Below are positions 17,695 through 25,886 of a DNA stretch of 64,000 bases, piece after piece. Each line of letters begins with the position of its first letter. Position 1 is the first letter of the stretch. The position numbers and the translations under genes are program-made. Source of the DNA: an uncultured Candidatus Saccharibacteria bacterium (GTDB lineage Bacteria > Patescibacteriota > Minisyncoccia > Minisyncoccales > CAZKCU01); assembly GCA_964431915.1 (NCBI GenBank), contig CAYSLI010000001.1:111240-175239 (forward strand). The letters run 5' to 3'. Under the pieces are notes generated by a model that saw nothing but the letters and a program-made list of their open reading frames with translations, was not told where the DNA came from and ran no database searches.

Positions 17695-19797
17695 TTATTT
17701 TTTAGCCTCTTTTAATGACAAATTTATTCTTCCTTGTTCATCAATTGAGATTACCTTTACCGGCAAAACATCGCCAATTTTAACCACATCTTCAACTCTT
17801 TTTACTCGATAAGGTGCTAGTTGAGAGATGTGAATTAGACCTTCTTGGCCCGGCAGAATTTCGACAAAAGCTCCAAAATCCAAAATCCTTTTTACTTTAC
17901 CCTGAAAAATTTCTCCAACCTTAATTTCCCTGGTAATATTTTTTATCCAGGAAAGGGCCTTTTTTGCTGCCTCTTCTTTTTCTGAGGTAATAAAAATAAG
18001 ACCCGAGGGCTGAATATCTATGGCAACTCCGGTTTCTTTCGTAATTTCATTAATTATTTTTCCACCAGGGCCTATGACCTCTCTGATTTTTTCTGGATTA
18101 ATTTGCAAGGTAAGAATTCTGGGGGCGAAGGGAGAAAGTTGGGCCTTGGGTTCTGGCAGCACTTCCTGGATTTTATTCAAGATTTGAAGTCTGATTTTTC
18201 TTCCTTGGGACAAAACTTCTTTTAAAATCTCTGGGGTAATGCCGGCAATTTTTACATCCATCTGGACAGCAGTTACTCCTTTTTTTGTCCCTGCTACTTT
18301 AAAATCCATGTCTCCATGATGGTCTTCTGGTCCTTGAATGTCAGTTAAGATTTTGTAATTACCCTTTTCATCAGTCATTAGACCTAAGGCGATTCCAGCT
18401 GCTGCAGCTTTTATTGGTACTCCGGCATCCATTAGGGCCAGAGAAGAGCTAGAAACCGAAGCCATAGAAGTTGAACCATTAGAAGAAAGAATTTCCGAAA
18501 CCACTCTCATTGTATAAGGGAACTCTTCAAAACTGGGGATTAGAGGTAAAAGGGCTCGCTCTACTAACATTCCGTGGCCAATATCTCTTCTTCCCGGGCC
18601 TCGCATTGGCCTAATTTCTCCAACTGAATAAGGAGGAAAATTATAATGGTGCATAAAACGCTTTTTAGTAACAATTTCCATTCCTTCCAATAATTGTTGA
18701 TCCCCTGGCCCTCCTAAAGTTAAGATAGACAGGGACTTTGTTTGGCCTCGGCAGAAAAGACCGGAACCATGAGTTCTTGGTAAAAGCCCAGCTTCAAGAT
18801 GAATTTCTCTTAGTTCATCTAATTTTCTGCCATCTGGCCTTTTCTCATGTAAAATAATATTTTCATGAATTAATCTGGAAATTTCTTTTTCAAAGAAATC
18901 CCGGGCATATTTTGCTTTTTCCATTTCCGGATATTTTTCTTCTATAAAATTGCAAAGCTCTTCTTTTAATTTATTTAGTTTCCCCGTCCGTTCAGTTTTT
19001 TCACTTTGATATATCGCTTTTTCTAAATTTTTGCCCAAAAATTTCCTAATTTCTTTCTCTAATTCCAAATCTTTTTCGGGAGCTTCAATAAGGACTTTCT
19101 CTTTCCCAACTTTTTTTATAATCTCTTTTTGAAAATCATAAATCTTTTTTAAATATTTTTCAGAAAATTCTAAAGCTTCTGAAATTAAGTTTTCCCCTAC
19201 TTCCTCAAAATTCCCTTCAACCATATTAACTAAAAATTTACCATTACTGTTGAAAAAGCCGGCAAAAATAAGGTCTATCTCGCTTTTTTCTCTATCTTCA
19301 TAGGTCGGATTGATAATAAATTGACCCTCTTTTCTGCCAACTCTAACTGCTGCCAGAGGGCCTGACCAGGGGATATCAGAAATTGAAAGAGATAGGGAAG
19401 TAGCGATTAGTCCAATAACATCAGGGTCGTTTTCGGCGTCCCAGGAAAGGACAGTGTTAATTACCTGAACTTCCCGAGCCAAATTTTCTGGAAATCTTGG
19501 TCGGATGACTCGGTCAATTAATCTGGCTGCGCAAATGGCTTCGTCTGAAGGACGGCCTTCTCTTTTGATATACCTGGGACCGCGAATTTTACCGGCAGCA
19601 TAATATCTTTCTTCGTAATCAACAGTCAGAGGAAAGAAATCTATCCCTTCCCTTTTAGATTCCGACATTACAGAAGTGGTTAAGACTAAAGTATCACCAT
19701 AGCTGACCAAAATATTGCCATTAGCTTGTTCAGCCAGATTTTTGATGTCAACACTTAATTCCCTATCATCAAGTTTTAATTTAAATTTATTCTCCAT
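17695..19797 (-). CDS. pnp: Polyribonucleotide nucleotidyltransferase (PNPase)
   Basis: 700-aa ORF with two RNase PH-like halves and KH and S1 ('GEIFQGKVKRILDFGAFVEI') domains at the C-terminus. Confidence 0.95.
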   Translation of the reverse strand: MENKFKLKLDDRELSVDIKNLAEQANGNILVSYGDTLVLTTSVMSESKREGIDFFPLTVDYEERYYAAGKIRGPRYIKREGRPSDEAICAARLIDRVIRPRFPENLAREVQVINTVLSWDAENDPDVIGLIATSLSLSISDIPWSGPLAAVRVGRKEGQFIINPTYEDREKSEIDLIFAGFFNSNGKFLVNMVEGNFEEVGENLISEALEFSEKYLKKIYDFQKEIIKKVGKEKVLIEAPEKDLELEKEIRKFLGKNLEKAIYQSEKTERTGKLNKLKEELCNFIEEKYPEMEKAKYARDFFEKEISRLIHENIILHEKRPDGRKLDELREIHLEAGLLPRTHGSGLFCRGQTKSLSILTLGGPGDQQLLEGMEIVTKKRFMHHYNFPPYSVGEIRPMRGPGRRDIGHGMLVERALLPLIPSFEEFPYTMRVVSEILSSNGSTSMASVSSSSLALMDAGVPIKAAAAGIALGLMTDEKGNYKILTDIQGPEDHHGDMDFKVAGTKKGVTAVQMDVKIAGITPEILKEVLSQGRKIRLQILNKIQEVLPEPKAQLSPFAPRILTLQINPEKIREVIGPGGKIINEITKETGVAIDIQPSGLIFITSEKEEAAKKALSWIKNITREIKVGEIFQGKVKRILDFGAFVEILPGQEGLIHISQLAPYRVKRVEDVVKIGDVLPVKVISIDEQGRINLSLKEAKK

Positions 19798-20300
19798 TAT
19801 TTTTTAAGTAAATATTTTTCCGGATTTTTTTCTAAATCAATAAATTCATCAACTATTTCTTTTAGGCGAGCCGAAGCCGATCTGCCAAAAGCAATAATTT
19901 CTACTCTTTTCCCACGATTTTTCAAATACTCAACTAACTGAATGAAATCGCCATCCCCTGAGGCCAAAACAATGGTATCAACACTGGGAGCGATTCTTAT
20001 AGCATCAACAGTAATTCCAACATCCCAATCAGCTTTTTTTAAACCGCCGTAAAACTCTTGTAAATCTCTGACTCTGGTTTCAATTCCTAGTTTGGTTAAA
20101 GCTTCGAAAAAAGGTTTTTCCTCTCCGGTTTTTGTTCTGACAACATAAGCAAAGGCCCGAATTAAACTCCTCTGGCTAACAGCTGATTTTAAAATTTCCC
20201 GAAAATTAACCCTGGCTTTATAGAGATTTTTGGCAGAGTGATAGAGATTCTGAACATCAATTAGAACTCCTACTCTTTGACCAATATGTTTAATAACCAT
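19797..20300 (-). CDS. NYN/LabA-like domain protein (putative RNase)
   Basis: 167-aa ORF with 'VGVLIDVQNLYHSAK' and 'VLASGDGDF'. Its stop overlaps the pnp start. Confidence 0.7.
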   Translation of the reverse strand: MVIKHIGQRVGVLIDVQNLYHSAKNLYKARVNFREILKSAVSQRSLIRAFAYVVRTKTGEEKPFFEALTKLGIETRVRDLQEFYGGLKKADWDVGITVDAIRIAPSVDTIVLASGDGDFIQLVEYLKNRGKRVEIIAFGRSASARLKEIVDEFIDLEKNPEKYLLKK

Positions 20301-20301
20301 G

Positions 20302-20568
20302 TTATTTTTTTAGTCCTATTTTTTTGACAATACTATTATACCTCTTTTTATCTTTTTCTTTTAAATAATTTAAAAACTTTCTCCTTTGGCTGACCATTTT
20401 TAACAAACCTCTTTTTGAATGGAAATCTTTAGGATGTTTTTTCAAATGTAAAAGCAATCTTTTAATTTCTTCTGAAAGCAAAGCAATCTGAACTTCGGGA
20501 GAGCCACTGTCTGTTTCGTGAAGTTTATACTTTTTGATTAATTCTTCTTTTTCTTTAGAAGTTAACAT
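20302..20568 (-). CDS. rpsO: 30S ribosomal protein S15
   Basis: 88-aa ORF with '[27 protein letters not shown]'. Confidence 0.95.
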   Translation of the reverse strand: MLTSKEKEELIKKYKLHETDSGSPEVQIALLSEEIKRLLLHLKKHPKDFHSKRGLLKMVSQRRKFLNYLKEKDKKRYNSIVKKIGLKK

Positions 20569-20642
20569 AATTTTTTCTATTTCTAATTATACCTCAAATC
20601 AAAAAATAAACAAAAAAAACAAAAAGGCAAATTGCCCTTTTG

Positions 20643-20715
20643 TGCCCCCACCAGGACTCGAACCTGGAATCTTATCCTTAAGAGGGATCTGCTTCACCAA
20701 TTAAGCTATGGGGGC
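20643..20715 (-). tRNA. tRNA-Lys (CTT)
   Basis: Acceptor GCCCCCA/TGGGGGC, anticodon loop CTCTTAA, T-arm CCAGGTTCGAGTCCTGG. Confidence 0.85.
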
Positions 20716-20722
20716 AGTTTTG

Positions 20723-21205
20723 TTAAAGTTTTATTGGACATTTAATTGAAAACCAGCCCTCTCTTAAACCAGTCCAATCAGCTATTCCAATAGCCATAAA
20801 AATCGTATTGATAATCAACCAAGCGCCAAAGATTATGGCCAGACCTATAACGGTTGAAGTCAATATTCTTTTTGCGAGGTCCAATCTTGCCGGACTTCCT
20901 CCGGCAAAAAGGAACATAAACCCGCCAATGGTAAACATTAAAACCCCAATTACGATAACCAGTTTCAGAATAAAATCTAAAATACCTCTAAACATCACAA
21001 GAAAATGACAGAATTGACAAGGCAATCTTACTTCTTCTGATTCGCCCGGGGCCAAAGGTTTGTCCGCAGATTTACCACAAGGGACTAACCCCTCATAATA
21101 AATTGTCTTGTCGTAGCCTTGATAGCTACTTAAAGCCAAACCAATTGAAGGAAAAAGCAAGCTTACTAAAAAAGTTATTAAAAATAAAATCTTTAAATTT
21201 TTCAT
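20723..21205 (-). CDS. Stand-alone T4SS-pilin-like (TrbC/VirB2-like) membrane protein
   Basis: ATG at 21205, signal peptide, 'LVPCG...LPCQFCHFLVMF', and two TM helices containing 'FLFAGGSPARLDLAKRIL'. The longer ORF-track start overlaps a tRNA. Confidence 0.65.
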   Translation of the reverse strand: MKNLKILFLITFLVSLLFPSIGLALSSYQGYDKTIYYEGLVPCGKSADKPLAPGESEEVRLPCQFCHFLVMFRGILDFILKLVIVIGVLMFTIGGFMFLFAGGSPARLDLAKRILTSTVIGLAIIFGAWLIINTIFMAIGIADWTGLREGWFSIKCPIKL

Positions 21206-21249
21206 TATTTTACTATAAACTAATAACTTAAAAATAACAACTGAGAAAG

Positions 21250-21321
21250 TGCCCCCGGAAGGACTCGAACCCTCAACTACACGTCCGAAGCGTGTCGTGT
21301 TATCCATTATACCACGGGGGC
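21250..21321 (-). tRNA. tRNA-Arg (TCG)
   Basis: Acceptor GCCCCCG/CGGGGGC, anticodon stem ACACG/CGTGT, loop CTTCGGA. Confidence 0.85.
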
Positions 21322-21328
21322 ATAGTTT

Positions 21329-21350
21329 CCAGAGAACCGTTCTCTGTAAT
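21329..21350. repeat. Palindromic element family A, partial copy
   Basis: ccagagaaccgttctctgtaat. The core is shared with the copies at 24291 and 29378. Confidence 0.7.
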
Positions 21351-21404
21351 TCTAAGTTTAACAAATATTTGAAAAAAATCAATTCTCAAGGTATGATTTA
21401 ATTG

Positions 21405-22871
21405 ATGCAAATTCCAAAGGAAGTAAAATTTGTTATTGATAAGTTGAAAAAAGCTGGTTTTGAGGCTTATATTGTTGGAGGATGTGTTCGGGATTTACTT
21501 TTAGGAGTAACACCTGAAGATTGGGACATAGCCACCAATGCTAAACCCGGAGAAATTGGCAAGATTTTTTTGAGGAGTTTTAGTGACAACAAATTTGGTA
21601 CAGTTACTGTTTTAACAGGTAGTGAAAACCAAAAATTAAAAGAAATTGAGATTACTCCTTATAGAATTGATGAGAAATATACAGATAAAAGGCACCCCGA
21701 TAAAATTCGCTGGGCTAAAACCATAAAAGAAGACTTAGCCAGAAGAGATTTTACTATTAATGCTATGGCCTTAGGCCTGTCGGTATCTGATACCGACAAA
21801 CTTAGTGATCCTTTTGAAGGGCAAAAAGATTTAAAAAATAAAATCATCAGAGCAGTTGGTAATCCCGAAGATAGATTTTCCGAGGATGCTCTGAGGATGA
21901 TGAGGGCAGTGAGATTTGCCGTAACCCTGGGCGAGGGGTGGAAGATTGAACCAAAAACCGCCCAAGCTATTAAAAAAAATGCTCCCTGGCTTCAGGCAAT
22001 TTCTAAAGAGAGAATTAGAGATGAACTTTTAAAAATTATTATGGATGAAAAAGCGGCCGATGGCTTAGAGTTTTTGAGAAAACTTTCCCTTTTAAAATAT
22101 ATTGTCCCTGAATTAGAAGAGGGCTATAAAGTAACCCAAAATAAGCACCATATTTATGATTGCTATGAGCATAGCCTTTTTTCTTTAAAATATGCAGCTA
22201 AACGGGATTTTAATAAATATGTCAGATTGGCCAGTTTATTCCACGATATTGCCAAACCCCGGGCCAAAAGAGGCAAGGGACTAAATGCCACTTTTTATGG
22301 CCATGAAATTTTAGGAGCAAAAATGACTTTGCAGATATTAAATCGCTTAAAATTTCCCAAAAAAGATATTGAAAAAATTGCCAAGCTCGTCAGATATCAT
22401 CTTTTTTATTATCATCCAGCAGAAGTTGGGGAGAGTTCAGTCAGAAGATTGGTTCGTCAGGTTGGACCAGAGAATATGGAAGAATTATTGCAAGTGAGGA
22501 TGGCTGATCGAATTGGTTCTGGTTGTCCAAAAGCCGAACCCTATAAATTGCGACATTTGAAATATATTATAGAGAAAGTATCGCAAGACCCGATTTCAGT
22601 AAAGATGCTAAAAATAAAAGGGGAGGATGTAATGAAGATTTTAGATATTCCCGGTGGCCCTAAAATAGGATGGGTTTTAGATATTTTGCTGGGCTATGTA
22701 TTAGCTGACCCTAAAAAAAATAAAAAAGATTTTTTAGAAAAGGAAATTAAGAAATTAGCTAAATTATTAGATAAGAAATTAAAAGAGAAAGCTCAAAAAT
22801 CAAGAGAAGAAAGAGAAAAATTAGAGATGAAAAAAGATGAGATGACAAAGCAAAAGTATTGGGTAACGTAA
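21405..22871 (+). CDS. cca: CCA-adding enzyme / poly(A) polymerase family nucleotidyltransferase with HD domain
   Basis: 'GGCVRDLLLG', 'RRDFTINAMA', and HD 'LFHDIAKP'. ATG at 21405. Confidence 0.85.
   Translation: MQIPKEVKFVIDKLKKAGFEAYIVGGCVRDLLLGVTPEDWDIATNAKPGEIGKIFLRSFSDNKFGTVTVLTGSENQKLKEIEITPYRIDEKYTDKRHPDKIRWAKTIKEDLARRDFTINAMALGLSVSDTDKLSDPFEGQKDLKNKIIRAVGNPEDRFSEDALRMMRAVRFAVTLGEGWKIEPKTAQAIKKNAPWLQAISKERIRDELLKIIMDEKAADGLEFLRKLSLLKYIVPELEEGYKVTQNKHHIYDCYEHSLFSLKYAAKRDFNKYVRLASLFHDIAKPRAKRGKGLNATFYGHEILGAKMTLQILNRLKFPKKDIEKIAKLVRYHLFYYHPAEVGESSVRRLVRQVGPENMEELLQVRMADRIGSGCPKAEPYKLRHLKYIIEKVSQDPISVKMLKIKGEDVMKILDIPGGPKIGWVLDILLGYVLADPKKNKKDFLEKEIKKLAKLLDKKLKEKAQKSREEREKLEMKKDEMTKQKYWVT
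21777..21799. repeat. Palindromic element family B, copy inside the cca CDS
   Basis: ctgtcggtat-ctg-ataccgacaa, encoding 'LSVSDTDKL'. Confidence 0.7.
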
Positions 22872-22894
22872 CAAAATCAAAAAGCAAATATTTA

Positions 22895-22965
22895 CGGGCT
22901 GTAGTGTAATGGTAGCACGAGTTCTTCGGGAGAATTTAGTTCCGGTTCAAATCCGGACAGCCCGA
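22895..22965 (+). tRNA. tRNA-Pro (CGG)
   Basis: Acceptor CGGGCTG/CAGCCCG, anticodon loop TTCGGGA. Confidence 0.8.
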
Positions 22966-22967
22966 CC

Positions 22968-23039
22968 GGGCCTGTAGTTCAGTGGTAGAATACTCGCTTC
23001 GCATGCGAGAGATCGTGGGTTCGAATCCCACCGGGTCCA
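22968..23039 (+). tRNA. tRNA-Ala (CGC)
   Basis: Acceptor with a G3:T70 wobble, anticodon stem CTCGC/GCGAG, loop TTCGCAT. Confidence 0.85.
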
Positions 23040-23137
23040 CACTTTCGAAAAGTCAAATTGAACGGGGTTTTAGGCAAAAAATCAATTGGCGATTTTGTGC
23101 CAGTGGAGCTGGCGGTAAAAGAAAAAATTTTTATTTT

Positions 23138-23956
23138 ATGACTAAAAGATTAGTAAAAAAATATTATCAAGAATACGGAATGAAAGAGTGGAAAAGATTA
23201 ACTCAAGACCCATATCATAAATTAGAATTTGATACCACTTTACATTTTCTTAAAAAATATCTTCCAAAGAAGGGGTTAATTTTAGATGCCGGCGGCGGAC
23301 CCGGAAGATATACAATTGAATTGGCGAAATTGGGATACAATGTTGTCTTATTAGATTTGACTCCAGAATTATTACACATCGCAAAAAGAAAAATTAAAAA
23401 AGAAAAAGTTCAAAACAAAGTCAAACAAATTATACAAGGATCCATCGATAATCTCTCCATGTTCGAAAATAACACTTTTGATACTGTCATTTGTCTCGGT
23501 GGGGCATTATCTCATATCGTGGACAAGAAACAAAGAGAAAAAGCAATTGATGAGTTAGTTAGAGTCACGAGGAAGAATGCTCCAGTCTTCGTTTCCGTAA
23601 TTGGAAGGTTAGCAGTTTTGGTTAGTGAACTAATTTGTTTCCCCGAAGAAATAGAAATTAAGAAAGTGTTTCAAAAAGTTAGAGATACAGGAGATTATCA
23701 GGGTGGCTATGGATTTGCACCTTGCCATTTCTCCTTGCCTAAAGAATTAAGAGAATCATTCGAAAGAAGAAAAGTAAGAATTTTAGAAATAGGTGGCCTT
23801 GAAGGTTTATCTACTGCTCATCCGAAAGAAACAAATAGACTTTTTAAAAAACATCCGAAAGCTTGGAAAGTCTGGTGGGAGACACATTTAAAAACTTGTA
23901 CCCATCCTGTAGCTGTTGGTATTAGCGAGCATTTTATGATAATTTGCAAAAAATAG
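23138..23956 (+). CDS. Class I SAM-dependent methyltransferase
   Basis: ATG at 23138 lies downstream of tRNA-Ala. SAM motif 'ILDAGGGPGRYTIELAKLGYNVVLLDL'. Confidence 0.8.
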   Translation: MTKRLVKKYYQEYGMKEWKRLTQDPYHKLEFDTTLHFLKKYLPKKGLILDAGGGPGRYTIELAKLGYNVVLLDLTPELLHIAKRKIKKEKVQNKVKQIIQGSIDNLSMFENNTFDTVICLGGALSHIVDKKQREKAIDELVRVTRKNAPVFVSVIGRLAVLVSELICFPEEIEIKKVFQKVRDTGDYQGGYGFAPCHFSLPKELRESFERRKVRILEIGGLEGLSTAHPKETNRLFKKHPKAWKVWWETHLKTCTHPVAVGISEHFMIICKK

Positions 23957-24061
23957 TTTATAAAGAATTTGCCGCCAAAGGAAAACTTGAAATTGTCAAA
24001 GAACGCGGCGAAAAATGTTCGAGCTAATTTAATAATAGTTTACCCTCTTGGAAATTATACG

Positions 24062-24092
24062 TCGTCTGTCGGTATCTGATACCGACAGACGA
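24062..24092. repeat. Palindromic element family B, intergenic copy
   Basis: tcgtctgtcggtat-ctg-ataccgacagacga, a 14-bp perfect stem. Confidence 0.8.
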
Positions 24093-24102
24093 AAACGAAT
24101 TT

Positions 24103-24501
24103 ATGGATTCAAGGAAAATTGGAAATTTTGGTGAGAATATCGCCTGTTATTATTTAAAAAATAAAGGATATAAAATTTTAGATAAGAATTATTTCAGAAA
24201 ATGGATTCAGGGACCTCAAAAGGGAGAGATTGACATGATAACTCAAAAAGATGATAATATTCATTTTATCGAGGTGAAAACTCTGACTGAAAATTACAGA
24301 GAACCGTTCTCTGTAATTTTCCCCGAAGATAAGGTTAACTTTCAGAAGCAAAAACAATTAATAAAAATAGCCCAGGATTGGCTTTCAGAAAAGAAAATTC
24401 CTCTGGAATCTAAATGGCAAATTGACGTAGTGGCAATTAAAATTGATTTAGGCTTAAAGAAAGCTAAAATTCGCCATATTCAGAATGCGATTGGGGCTTG
24501 A
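24103..24501 (+). CDS. yraN: YraN-family (UPF0102) endonuclease-like protein
   Basis: 132-aa ORF with 'GENIACYYLKNKGYKILDKN', 'GEIDMI' and 'IHFIEVKT'. Confidence 0.75.
   Translation: MDSRKIGNFGENIACYYLKNKGYKILDKNYFRKWIQGPQKGEIDMITQKDDNIHFIEVKTLTENYREPFSVIFPEDKVNFQKQKQLIKIAQDWLSEKKIPLESKWQIDVVAIKIDLGLKKAKIRHIQNAIGA
24291..24319. repeat. Palindromic element family A, copy inside the yraN CDS
   Basis: aaattacagagaa-ccg-ttctctgtaattt, identical to the 29-mer at 29378-29406. It encodes 'ENYREPFSVIF'. Confidence 0.85.
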
Positions 24502-24618
24502 CCCTCCCAAATTTTCAAAAAAAACTTAGGCGGGCTTGACAATAAGATTTCCTTTTTTTAAACTAAAAATAGTTAATAAATTTGGAATTTCTGTCCGTTG
24601 GAAACGGACATTATTTTT

Positions 24619-25878
24619 ATGAATTCTAAACCATCTCAGAATAAAGACATAGACCTCAAAAGTTTTACTTTGGCAATTTCCCAGATTGCTGAAGAAAAAG
24701 GAATCTCTAAAGAAAAAGTCATCGAAACTATTGAGCAGGCTTATGCCGCTGCCTATAAAAAAGATCATGGAAAGAGAGGCCAGGTTATTCGAGCTAAGAT
24801 TTCTCCAGAATCAGGCGAAGTTAAATTTTGGCAAGTAAAATTAGTGGTAGATGATTCAATGATTCTTTCTGAGGAAGAGTTGGAAAAACTTAAGGAAAAG
24901 AAGATTGAGAAAGAACCATCGCAAAAAGAAAAGCTCCATTTTAATCCAGAAAAACATATTATGGTAAAAGAGGCAAAGAAAGTAAAACCAAAGATTAAAC
25001 CGGGGAAAGAATTAGAGATGGTTTTAGAGATTCATAAAGATTATGGTCGGATTGCTGCTCAGACAGCAAAACAGGTGATTTTACAAAAAATTAGGGAGGC
25101 GGAAAGGGAAGCAATTTTTGGAGAATATAAGTCAAAGGAAGGAGAAATAATCTCTGGAATTGTTCAGAGAATCGAGGGAAGAAACATCTTTTTAGACATT
25201 GGCAAAACTTTGGGAGTATTGCCAAGAGAAGAACAGGTTCCTGGAGAATTTTATCGGCCTGGCCAAAGAATTAAAGCCTATATTCTAAAAGTTGAAGAGA
25301 GTCCAAGAGGGCCGGTAGTACTTTTATCAAGGGCCTATCCTAAACTAATTTCTAAGCTTTTTGAATTGGAAGTTCCGGAAATTTCGACCGGGCAAGTTTT
25401 AATCAAGTCGATTGCCAGGGAGGCTGGGTCTCGGTCAAAAATTGCGGTTTTTTCTGAAACTGAAGGAATTGATCCAATAGGAAGTGCGGTCGGCCAAAAA
25501 GGGACCAGAGTTGGAGCGGTAATCTCAGAACTTGGGGGAGAAAAAATAGATATTATTGAATATTCTAAAGAACCAGAAAGGTTCATTGCCAACTCCCTCT
25601 CTCCGGCTAAAGTTTTGGAAGTTAAAATTGAGCCCAAAAATAAAGCGGTAGCTATTGTCCCTGAAGATCAATTATCTTTAGCTATTGGCAGAGATGGCCA
25701 AAATGTTAGATTGGCTGCCAAACTAACTGGCTGGAAGATTGACGTCAGAAGTCCGGAAGGCGAGAAAGAAGAAGGCGAGAAAGAAGAAGGCGAGAAAGAA
25801 GAAGGCGAGAAAGAAAAGAAAGAGCCAAAGACTAAAGAAAAAAAAGAAACTAAGAAGAAAAAACCAAGTAAAAAATAG
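24619..25878 (+). CDS. nusA: Transcription termination/antitermination factor NusA
   Basis: S1 domain ('GEIISGIVQRIEGRNIFLDIG') and two KH domains. ATG at 24619 (the ORF track starts at TTG 24598). The tail is K/E-rich. Confidence 0.9.
   Translation: MNSKPSQNKDIDLKSFTLAISQIAEEKGISKEKVIETIEQAYAAAYKKDHGKRGQVIRAKISPESGEVKFWQVKLVVDDSMILSEEELEKLKEKKIEKEPSQKEKLHFNPEKHIMVKEAKKVKPKIKPGKELEMVLEIHKDYGRIAAQTAKQVILQKIREAEREAIFGEYKSKEGEIISGIVQRIEGRNIFLDIGKTLGVLPREEQVPGEFYRPGQRIKAYILKVEESPRGPVVLLSRAYPKLISKLFELEVPEISTGQVLIKSIAREAGSRSKIAVFSETEGIDPIGSAVGQKGTRVGAVISELGGEKIDIIEYSKEPERFIANSLSPAKVLEVKIEPKNKAVAIVPEDQLSLAIGRDGQNVRLAAKLTGWKIDVRSPEGEKEEGEKEEGEKEEGEKEKKEPKTKEKKETKKKKPSKK
25756..25815 (+). repeat. 4 x 15-bp in-frame tandem repeat (gaaggcgagaaagaa)
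   Basis: Encodes (EGEKE)x4 in the NusA tail. Confidence 0.9.
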
Positions 25879-25886
25879 CCAATATT

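Noticed and set aside
15753-17705. A series of F/S/L-rich plus-strand ORFs (for example 16203..16544, 16568..16750, 16979..17161 and 17328..17705).
   Set aside because: They are the antisense mirror of the E/K/R-rich 806-aa gene. Their low-complexity composition and duplication simply reflect the 411-bp repeat.
21206-21404. A replication origin at the minus-to-plus gene-orientation switch near 21.39 kb, considered together with the DnaA boxes.
   Set aside because: The three perfect DnaA boxes are 20-40 kb apart and none lies at the switch. No dnaA or dnaN gene and no box cluster is present. The orientation flips back at about 51.6 kb, so this looks like operon organisation rather than ori/ter.
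22982-23137. The ORF-track N-terminal extension of the methyltransferase ORF (22982..23956).
   Set aside because: Its first 52 codons overlap tRNA-Ala(CGC) and the intergenic sequence. The internal ATG at 23138 gives a normal methyltransferase N-terminus.
23957-24061. A possible gene remnant in the spacer after the methyltransferase (for example the frame reading 'KEFAAKGKLEIVKERGEKCSS').
   Set aside because: It is too short, has no start codon or motif, and cannot be distinguished from chance.
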